DNA of 63,250 nt from Rhizaria sp. SCN 62-66 (Eukaryota). The notes beneath the pieces are model-generated. The model ran no database searches and was not told the DNA's origin. It was given only the letters and a program-made list of their open reading frames with translations. Numbering within the stretch: position 1 is the stretch's first letter; every line of letters starts with the position of its first letter. Made by a program: the position numbers and the translations under genes. Below, in pieces: positions 50,101-61,200 of this stretch. The stretch spans positions 62,001-125,250 of the forward strand of contig MEDY01000024.1 in NCBI GenBank assembly GCA_001724265.1. Direction: 5' to 3'.

Positions 50101-51472
50101 TGGCGAGGCCGAGGCCGCTGCGGCAGGCCACGGCGCGAGCGAGAAGCCCAACTCGCCCCAGCCCGACGACGGCGAGAACGGCGGCGCGGCGATGACCGAC
50201 AGCAACAGCAACACTGTCGGCGGCACTCCCGTTGTGACGACCCCCGTGGCGTCGGTGACGGCGGACGGCGCGAACAAGGAACACGTCGAGTTCCTCCAGT
50301 TTGCGGCGAACCTCTTCGCCTTCATGCTCAACGTGCCTGCTGTGACTGATAAGTCGGCGTTCGCGGCTCAGCTGCTCGCCGCGCCGGCCCCCGCGCCGTA
50401 CGAGCCGCCCAAGGTGAGCAACATCCAGATCGAGGACGAGAGCGCGCGCAACGCCGCCGCCGCGGGCGCCGAGGACGGTGCGGACGAAGAGCTCGCCCTT
50501 CTGGACGCTGAGATTGCGGCCGTGACTGCGCAACTTAAGGCGCTGGATGTCAGCAAGATGTCTCCTCTGCGTGCGACCGAGTTCGAAAAGGACGACGACA
50601 GCAACTACCACATCGATCTCATCACCGCGCTGGCCAACATGCGCGCGTGGAACTACAAGATCCGTCCTGCGACGCGTCTGCACGTCAAGACGGTCGCCGG
50701 CAAGATTATCGCGGCGCTGGCGACGACGACGGCGATGATCACCGGTCTCACCACGCTCGAGTACTACAAGCTCGCGCTAGGAATGCACTTTACGCAGAAG
50801 GATCAGTTCTGCAACACCAACGTCAACCTCGCCGTGTCCGTGTTCAACGCGTTCGAGCCCGACAACGTGATCCGCGCTGCGATGGAGCTGAACGTCGACA
50901 CGCTCCAGGTGCCTTATCCGCGTGGCTACACTACCTGGGACTCCGTCCCGCTCACTGTCACGGCCGACACGTCAGTCAAGGAGCTTCTGGAGCAGATCAC
51001 GCGCGTGCACCATGGTGTCAAGCCCATCCAGCTGTTCAAGGATGGCCTCACAGAGAAAGATGTCTCTGAGGGCCGTGGACAGGCGCTGGTGATGATCATG
51101 GATGAGATTAAGCCCACGATGGCGCTCAACATGCTCAAGCGCGATAACATCTCTGAAGGCATGCGGCTTAACTTCGAGAAACAGGTCAAGGACGCCGAGA
51201 CGTTCAACGCGAACCTCCGTGCGCAGCTCGGACGCAAGGTGCTGTCGCTGTACAAGGAGATCTACGGCCCTCTTGTGGACCCCACAAGGGACTTTTTGCT
51301 GTTGGACGGTGTGTACGAGCCGCCGCAGGGCGAGGATGAGGTCGAGTTCCACGGTGAGGCGGCGGTGAAGTTGGCACAGGGCGCGGAAGACCCGTATAGT
51401 GTGACTGTGCGCGCCACGCTGCCCAAGCTCAAGGTGTTCTTCGACCCCACTAAGGTCAATATGACCATCTAA
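47165..51472 (+). CDS. Ubiquitin-activating enzyme E1 (UBA1/UBA6 family), 5 exons
   Basis: Exons 47165 (or 47198)-48211, 48365-48718, 48902-49330, 49465-49620 and 49766-51472. Motifs RYSRQI, SRYDHQIAIWG, VGCGALGCE, DMDRIELSNLSRQFLFR, NALDNVAAR, catalytic CTLRNFP, FEKDDDSNYHID and AGKIIAALATTTA. Intron 4 is GC-AG. Stop TAA. Confidence 0.93.
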
Positions 51473-52264
51473 AGGAGGACAACAACTACCTTCAGCCCTT
51501 CTGAAAATGTGGTTTAAAGCTTCTTTATTTTGCGCGATTGTCATTAGCTTGACTTCGCTTGTGTCAGCTTCCTCTCGGAATGAATCGAAGATGTCTTTGT
51601 GGACAAGTATTTTGTCCTGTTGTTGTTCAGATTGTTTTTGTCCAGTCCCTTTAACGCGTATTCGGACTATTTCATAAACACACCCTCTATTTACTTCATA
51701 AGTTTTTTATGATCATTATCGTCCTTGTACGATGTGTAAGCGATGCTTTGCTCTTTGCTGCTGGACCGAAAAAAGCTCTGGGACTAGCTTGCAGGCTGGT
51801 AGTGGCCACGGCGAAGCACGCAGCCCTTGTTCTCAACCTCGATTCAAGATTGGGAATGCACGATCTCGATATGTTATGTTTTGCCACACCTAGCTTGTCT
51901 TTATATTTACACTGTGTTTGAGATCAATTTCTGAAACACTCTTGGGGGAACGGCCACAGTGTCACGTCATTTCCCCCTTGCGCTGTGCAACCAGGTTGAT
52001 CAGCCAGCTTCTCATTTGCCTTAATGCGCACTGTATAATGCGTATACCGGTGCTTAACTTTATTTTCAGTAATATTTTTCTTTTTTGTTGTTTCTTTACG
52101 ATCCCAGCTTCAATTCTGGCCATCTATTCCTTCAATACGCTCACATGGCTGCTACTCCCCTGCCCTAGCCAGTCCCTCTACACCTCTAACAACATCTTCT
52201 CTAACATCTTCTCTTTCCTTGGCTAAACGATCGCTCTTGATTTTGTCTTGTTTAGGACAGCAAT

Positions 52265-55200
52265 ATGTTGTCAATGCTCACAACACAAACGTTGTGTGCA
52301 CCCTCCTCGCTTCGTGGATCCTCGTCCACGGGGCTCGCGCCCGTCTCAGGACGAGCCAGGCTCTTGAGCTTCTGCATCTTCGCCCTGCTCTCGCTGCTCT
52401 TCGTCACCGCAGCTGCTGTAGACGTCACCCAGAACGTTGAGTTTACGATGGATCTCACATCCAACGGCCTTATCTTTCGTGCCACGCCTGACCCTAAAAC
52501 CGGCTCTTTATCCACCACGGACAAGTTCTACATCCGCGTCACTGACAACTTGTCCTACGTCAAGCAATGCGCTGCTTACCAAGGAAGCACCGTTGTCGTC
52601 ACTCCGGACACGACGGGTGCAAAGTACGCTATCTCTCGCAAGTCTAGCGCTCCTAAGAACCAGGCTCTCGCCGTTCTGTGCAACTACGTCCCGAATACGT
52701 ACACCTCGTTGGACGACTTTCGGCTCTTTATTGCTCACAACTCTTCCGACATCGAAGTTGTGCGCTTCAACGACCTCTCGCGTCCTGACGGCATCACTTT
52801 CTCGAAGCAGGGTCCGCTCCTTACGTTCCTCTCCGATGACAATTCCAACGACTTGCGTGGTGTTCCTGTCATCGATTTCGCTGCTCCAGCTCTTGAGCAC
52901 ACCGCGGATGCGACCTATCACCTCGTCTGTGATAACACTCAACTCGAGGAAGTTGTGACCATGCACGGGGACGGCACCACTTCGCGCCAGGCTCTCAGGC
53001 TCAACATGTGGGCGGAGAGCGGCTCTTTGTTTCGCATCAGTGTGTCTTTGAGTCACGCTGACAAAGGTCTTGCCCTGCTCTATAGCTCTGACAGCATCAC
53101 ACGATGCAAAATTCACGATGCCAACAATATCGCGAAAACGGCATTAACTTCAATCCCGGCCATTACTAACTCACCAACTTTTGATGTGTTAGTGCACCAC
53201 AGTAAGGGTGAGTCAAGCGCCACCGTCAAGATCACGCCCAACTACGGATCGAACTACCCGTTTCTGAGTCAGCGTGACACGTTTAAGGCTGACGGCCTCG
53301 AGGGATGCGTGGCAACCCCCAACGAGTCATCCGAGTCTGCTGACACCGGTGCGTTTTTTTCCGTGGACCGCGCGCCTGAGAGTTTTTCGTTTCAGTGCTC
53401 GACTCCTGTCACCATGGCGGATGTCAAGATTGTAGCCACCATTGGTGGCTCCAGTCCTGTAGAGTACCCAATTGGTACTCTCATCGCGCCGGTGAGTGTG
53501 CTCGCTCAGTACAAGGCCGAAAACGCGGTTGTCAGCCTGCTCAGCACCGGTGGTGACGCGCTGACTTTGCCCAGTGACAAATTCACCACGGGTGAGTCGA
53601 TTCTGATCTGTGACGCTAAAATCACGCACTATGCGAATGGGACTGACTCGACTTATGCCAGCGTTTCAAAGCTGACCGCGTGGAACGATCTTCTGTTTAA
53701 GGTGGGCTTTTATTACCATAAGATTACTTTAGGCAGTTCAAACCGCCTGATGCTGGCAATGCGCAGTTTTGGTAGTAAAGTTTCATGCATGCTGTTTGAC
53801 AGCACCTATGTCTCGCCACTCAATTCGTTCCAAATCAACACAGTTCCCATTTACGCAGACATCACTGTGACGCCTGACCATGACTCTTACGAGCTCAAGG
53901 TTAAGCTTGAGGGACCGATTATTTCTCTCAATACCACCGACATACTTAAGCTCTCGTACGGCAACGATGTTCCTCCTACTTGTACCGATACCAGCTCATC
54001 CGTCTCGGTGACCGACGGCAACATCTCCCCTCTCGTCAGTGGTGACCAGACAGCCATCTGGACCTTGACTTGCACCTACGACACCTCTTACTCTGACCTC
54101 AACAGCCTCACTCTCACTATGGTGATTGCGGGAGACACGTTAGGCCCGTACACCCTTGCATTGACGAAGTCTGAAACTGGTTTTTCTTTCCGCGCGCTCC
54201 CTCTGGCCGCGTTCGAAGCTTAGAATTTGGAGGATATCGAAAACGCTCATGGACTCACAGGAATCACCCATCGTTTTTGGCACGATAATATCGTGAGTCT
54301 TGTTTGCTCAGGTCCTGTTGATGACGTCTTACTCACTACGGGCACAACATACCAATATACGCGGATCCCGACACCAAAAACCGTGTGGACTCATAACGAC
54401 CTTAAGACTGAGTTCTATTATACGTTTGCTGAAAATCTTCCGGAAGACTGCAAGCGCATTGCCGCTCTATACCACAAGTCCGTCTCCAGTGACCCAGAGA
54501 TCAGGTGCGGCTTGCGCCTCGAGAACACTCCGGCCATCTTCACTGAGCTCGCTGAACTCCCGCCGTTCGAACGCGATGTCGAAAAAATCAACGTGCTCAT
54601 GAAGCGCTATGTGCTTAATGGAATCTAGAAAATTGACATCTCTGTGGCAATTATCGACGAACATTTTGTGTTTATTAGCGGTTACGACAAATTCTCTATT
54701 GGGGGCATCACTACTAGCAACTGCGAGACATCCACTGCGGCGGGTTTAGTGAGCGGTGAGGCGACATCTTTCACGTCTTTGACAGCGAAAACGAGTGTCG
54801 TACATGTGACCTGCGAGGCGACAGGGCTCACGTCCGCCCTCACTTTCAGAACAACTATCAATGGTATCACCGAAGTATATTCAGCTGGCGCATCAACCGC
54901 CTTTATGCGCGTGCTTGTGATCGATAACATCGTTCCAGTTACGCTCGACATCCGGAAAGTCAACGCCACCAGTGACGTCAAATATATTTTGTTGCCTGAA
55001 GCCCTTCAAAATTCTGACGTGACTCTGGTCTGTAACGCTGCTATTGACTACTATAGCTTTGTTAATACCGTTCCTGGGCCTGAGGTTAGCAACGAGGTTA
55101 GCAACTCAAACATGCAAAATTTCTCTATTTCTGGCATTCGACACTGGTCGTACAATATTAATATTTCACAAAAAACTGGACTGGTGCTTCTGACCCGCGC

Positions 55201-58200
55201 TGCTCCCTCTTGCAACTTATATGGTCCAAGCGGTGTTTCACTTTATGCTACTTTTGAGGTGCCCGTGTTGCCCCTAGAGGCTGACGTGACCATGTTGCCA
55301 TGGCGAGAAGGTAATAACCTCACTTTGACTGTCACCTTCATTGGCGAGTTCAAACGTATGTGGGTTGGCGACTATATCATATTTAACTCGGTTATTACTG
55401 GCTGTATTCGGGATAACAATCTGGTTTAGCCCGTTGCTTCTAACAAGCTTGTTCCCAGTAGCTTTAGTTCACCGCAAAGCGCGTTTACTGTCAACTGTAC
55501 CATCCCCTCACTCGCTTCCCTCAATTCGTTGGAGATGACGGTGGTACTTGGTGGTACTTCAATTACAAAGGTATTGAGTCATAGCAAGTCTACAACTGAC
55601 GGACTATCGTTCCGCTCTCTGCCCATGGAGGCGCTCACTTACAGTTTTTCCGGTATTACAGGAATCGAGGCCATGTCGGCTGAATCTGAGGGTATGTTCG
55701 CTTCTGGCTCGGCAGTGCTTCGTTGCGACAGCCCAAATATTGATGAAGTCATTATGATGCAGTCGGATAACAATCATCAGTATTATTTTCCTTCCTGGAT
55801 CGACAATGTAACCACGCTACCTGTGAGGCCTAATTTACTCGATAAAGTCGCCTTGTTGCACCGTCCCGCGGCTGCAAGTAACGAGGTTAAGTGTTCACTT
55901 GCTCATAGCTCTAGCAATCATTTCTACACGAAGGAAATTATTGTTCCTGCTGTGACAAACGATCTGGACCCCGTCCTGGATGTGCTTATTACCCGCGACA
56001 AAAACGCAATGAAGACCACAATTGTCATCGAATCGATTGGCACCGTTACCTTCTTTAGCAAAAACGATAATATGACGCTTTCTGGCATCAGCCTTAGCAA
56101 CTGCTTGTCAAGTGACGCTACTGTAACGAAAAAGGATGCCACCTCGCATCAATTTTCCCCCAATACGCCCAGGACCTCCACCATTACCGTGACGTGCAAC
56201 TCTGTCGATACTGAGTACAGCACCGCCCTGACGTTTTGGACAAATTTTAACGGCAATGTTAAGTCCTACGCTGCTGGCACAGTGTCCAGCGCCGCGCGCG
56301 TGCGCGTGGTTGACAATGCTGGAAATTACAACTTCAGGCCTCTTGAAGGTGGCGTCCAGGCTCTAGATCTTGATCCCCGCTTTGCTACGAGTAATTCCAT
56401 GCTGGTGTGCAGCAGTCCCATTGATTTCGTTAGTCTTGTTTCTAATAACATTCCGTTGAATCCTTTCCCGCTTACAGGCTGGACCTCGTTCAACACTAAG
56501 TGGCACAGGACGCTCGATCTGACGAGTGCGACTGGACTTGTGTTCATTAGTCGTGCGGGTCAGACCTGCGAGTTATATGACAGCATCGGTGCGACAACGT
56601 TGTCATCTTTCACTGTGCCCGTGCTGCCCCACGAGGCCGAGGTAACTGTCTTACCTACGCGCAACGGAACTAAGGTCACGATCAATCTTGCTTTCAAAGG
56701 CTCTTTCAAGTATATGTCAACCTCCGACTCGTTCAATTTCACCGACACCGTTAGTGGATGTGAGGGGGTTTCTGGCAACCTTGGGGTGACGGCCGGCTCC
56801 GGCACCGTTTCTCTTACAACCTCCAGTAACGCTGTGAACCTGGATGACTTTACCATGAGTTGCGCTCTCACCTCAATTGCTTCTCTTAATGCGCTCACGA
56901 TGCGAGTGGTCTTTGACGGCGCGACTAAGAGCAGTACAATTCTGGGTTATGAGAATGGAGGTGTATTGTCGTTCTACTCCGTCCCCATGGATGCGCTGTC
57001 TTACTCTTCTTCTGGTGTGATTGACGGTGTCAGTGCCATGGCAACGGACACTCCTTCCTCTGGAAAGGAGGGGATGTTTAAGGCCGGCCGCGCCGTTCTT
57101 CGCTGTGATAGTGACAGTATTGAAGAGGTTGTGCTGATCGAGTCTTCTAGCTTCATAAGTCGCAATACTGTAACTTCCTGGGCGCTTATTTCCGGTAAGA
57201 ACGAGACCACGCTGCCTGTTGTCTCCAATAGTTACACCAAAGTCGCTCTGCTGTACCGTACTAAAAAATCGATGGACGCCGTGTCTTGTTCGCTCTACCA
57301 CGCAGATAGCAAACATTTCTACACTAACGCCATCGAAGTTCCCAGGATCACGAGCGACCCCAAATTGAACGTACTCGTTACCCGCACTAGCGCTGGGACC
57401 ACGATCTCTATTAACTCAGTCGATGATTTCCCATTCTTTAGCGCTCACGACAATCTGACGATGTCTAACATTAACCTGAGCAACTGTGTGTCGTCTGACG
57501 CCACTGTGGAGACAAATGGCGATGCCTCACATAGTTTTTTCCCCACGAGTCGCAGCAGCTCCAGCATTACAGTGCAGTGCGACGTTGGCCCGGACTACGT
57601 TAACACCATGTCTTTTTGGACAAATTTCAACGGTCTCGAGCTCAAGGAGTACCCCGCTGGCACATTTTCTCCTGTGCGCGTACTCGTGTCCGACAACGCC
57701 GCCACCTCGCCACTAACGACCCTTGCTGACAGCACCCAAGCCTTCCCGCTAACATCACGCTTTACCACTGGCACGAGCACTCTTGTCTGCGCTGCGCAGG
57801 TTCTCAATGTCGCGCTGATTTTCAGCAACGGTACGGCCATCACTGTCAGTATGGAATCTTGGACCCAGGATACTGGATTCAGCGCCGACTATTATCACGC
57901 GCTGTCAACCGGCTCCGCAATTGCTCTCGCAATGCCGGTTCGCGATGCGAGTGCGACGTGCACGCTGTACGACCCCCAGGGTGCCACGCCCTTCGCCGCG
58001 GTAACATTGCCCGGTGTCCCGCTTTCTGTCGATGTGACTGTAGCGTCCACGGATGAAGGTGTCACTATCACCTTTACCCCGTCCGGCGTGATGAAGCTGC
58101 TTCTTAGTACTGACAAGTTCACTTTTTCCGATACCGTTGTCGAGAACTGCGAGGCCGTCACTAACGCGGTCGTCACCGGCGCTGATGCTAAGATTGAACA

Positions 58201-61200
58201 TGGCGGCGTTAATCCAATCCCGTTTGTTATCAAGTGCGGTATTGTGAGCGGCGCCTCCGTCAATCAGCTTCAGATGTCCTACCTGGCGGGTGGTTCGACA
58301 AAGTCGCTGTCTCTCTCTCCAACCTCCTCGCCGCCCGTGTCGTTCCGCACGGCCCCAGGCGCGATGCCGTCGTTCAGTACTGACCCTGCGCTTCCCAACC
58401 TTCCTGTGCTCGACTTAACTGGCTTCTCGTTTTCCACCATTGCCTTGGTGTGCGATGTCCAGCTTCAATCGGACGCGCAATTCTACCTTTACAGCCCAGG
58501 CGTAAACGGTGCAGCGCCGGTCACAACCCTTGTAGTTCCGAATGCGACGGAGGTGTGGTCAGAGTACAAGTACGTGTTCCAAATCAGCGGACAGACCGGC
58601 CTGATTATTCTGCAGCGTTCTAATGCTCAGTGTGAGATCCGTGATAACAATGATGCCACTGTGTCTGTTGCCGAGACTGTGCCGTCGGTGTTGCCGATTA
58701 TGGACATTATTGCTGAGCGTATCGACAAGCGTGTGCGAATCGCTATCATCCCCACTGGCGAGTTCCCGTTTATCAGTAAAACCGATCAGTTTGCGCTGGC
58801 ATTCTCCGCCGACGCAATCCTGCCCACGAACTGCGTCTCAACCACAGCGTCCGTCTCTCAGACCGATCTCACAATTAACATGACGGCGACGTCCCAGTCG
58901 TCGGCTAAGGAGCCTCTGTACATTACATGCTCGCTCAGTGACGACGACGCTGAGTTTAATCCCACGCTGTATGTCACCACACTCAGCGGTATTCCTCTTA
59001 CTGTCTCATACGTTGCGGGCTCCGCATCTTCGTCGCTTATCCGCTTCCTCTACTCGCCTTTGATTGCGCCTGTCGAAGCGACTTCAGCCGCTGTGCCCGC
59101 TGGCTTTACGGGCATCGAGATTCCCACCTCGTTCCGTGGTGCGACTGTTATTTTTGCAAGCTACACGGCTAATACTGTTGAGTACCTTGCAAAGTCGATT
59201 GGTTTCTCCCACTCAGATGGCCGCTTCACCACTGTGTCTCTGACAGGAGTTACCATTAATGATTCGCGCGCTTCACTTGATCTGGTTGTTCCTGCGACGG
59301 CGACTGCTGTGGTGCTCTTCCGCCGCGCTCTCAATGACGCCTACCTCGTGCCCGCTACCGGCGCCGCCCTCGACCTGCGCAACGCCCGTGTGCAGCCGCT
59401 CGCTGCGCGCGTGGCCGCGACGGTTAAGGGCTTCGAGATCACGCTGCCCGACCGCACGTACGGCTATTGGGCGCCCGGTGATATTATCACGGTCACCGGC
59501 TTCACTGCGCAGCCGCAGGGCTGCACCGTGCGCTACGCCTCGGGCAGCACAGCTGTCAGTGTGCCATCTGTGGCTGTTACGACGAGCTCGTTGACTCTCA
59601 CTGCAAGCGCATACTCGCCTTTTGCAGCTGACCTCACCGTCACGTGCGCGAGCGGAATCATTTACGCGACTGAAGCAGACAACGTTTACATGACACTTAA
59701 GGCTTTCGACACGGACCTCATCACGGTCGCGATCGGCGAGACCACGTCCACGGGTTCCACCTTCACGGTCAGTCACGTGTTCCCCTTCGGGGAATGGGTC
59801 TCTTCGGCCGAGGTCGAGCCTGTGTACGCGATCTTCCCTCTACTTGAGAACCTCCCTGTGGTGAGGCTCCCCCGCGAGGGCACCGTCGTCACCCCGCAGG
59901 CATCCGTCGCGCCCGCACGCCGCACCGCCTCTCGCAGTGGCTCTGCCGCCGCCGCCTCTGTGCGCGCCACCGCGCAATCCGCCGCGCTCGTCAGCATTTC
60001 CACGAGCTACGCCGTTGTGCTGCTGCAGTGCTCGAGCGACCTCTCTGCCGTCGGCATCGTTTACGGCTCGCTTAACAGCGTGAACATGACTGTCGTCGAG
60101 CTGAAGCAGTGGGAGACGCGCGACTCGCGCCGCGTGCATTCGCTCCTTGTTGGCGATGCCGTCGGCATCGTGTTCCTGACGCGCAAGAGCGGCGTTACGT
60201 GCGCGATTCGCGACGCCGACGACACGGGCGTGCTCGTTCAGCTGCTGTCGCTCCCCGTGGTCCCACTGCAGGCCGACGTGACCGTGAGCAAGACCGCCCT
60301 TAATGAGGTCGGCGATGCCGTTGTCACGATTGCGCCCCGCGGCCGCTACGGCTTCTTCGACGCTAGTGACGTGTTTGAGCTCTCCGGCTTTAGCGCCCCG
60401 CTGACCATCAAGCACGACTCCGACGCTGTAGCTGTGGACCTGGCCAACAGTGTGCTGAAGATGCACTCCGCACTCGCGCAGGGAATCTCTCCTGTTGGCA
60501 TTGCGATTAAGGTCGTCGTTAATAACGCTGTAATCGCTGACACTGATGCGCTCACTCTCGTTGTGACCAGCTACGGCATCAGTCACACGGTTACCCAGAC
60601 CTCGCCTGCGGGCTCCTTCTCGCTCGAGCTTCTCTCGCAGCCTGATGTTGAGGTGCTTGCCACTAAGGATAACCTCGGTGACTGGCTCGTGTCGTACACG
60701 CTTGACACCGTTACTAACGGTAGCTACCCGCTGATGAGCTTCTACTTCCAGCACAAGGGCACCGCCACACCGAGCACCAACTCCGGTCTCCTGACCGACG
60801 TCACCTTCTCATTCCCCACGGGCAACCCCGACGCGCTGCTGCGCTTTGACGCCGACGTGCCCGTGTACTGCGAGGGTGGCTCCGTGCTCTGCTCCGTCAA
60901 CAAGCAGGCGGCCACGATCTCCTTCAAGCACCTGCCCGCGTCTACCGCGACCGGATTCACCGTGCGTCTCTTCGGTGCGCGCCTTAACGGCCACGAGTTT
61001 GTCATCAACGCGCCCTCACTGCTGCCCCCTGTTATCCCCGCGCGCCTCAAGTTCGACCTCGTTGCTGGCCCCGCGCCCGCGCTCGAGGTTGACTCAGATG
61101 CCATGGCTAAGCTCAGCTTGCCGCTGTTCGCGATCCCCAAGGCCGCTATCGGCACCACCGCGGCTGTGCTGTGCCCGCTGGCTGATGTCGAGGCTGTTGG

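Noticed and set aside
52265-55429. Three separate adjacent genes or an operon, as in the ORF track
   Set aside because: Same frame, gaps of only 3-15 nt, non-ATG starts for the second and third ORFs, and protein repeats that cross the boundaries in a eukaryotic context.
54221-55429. Selenocysteine or pyrrolysine recoding
   Set aside because: Sec uses UGA. Pyl is known only from archaea and bacteria, and no pyl genes or catalytic context are present here.
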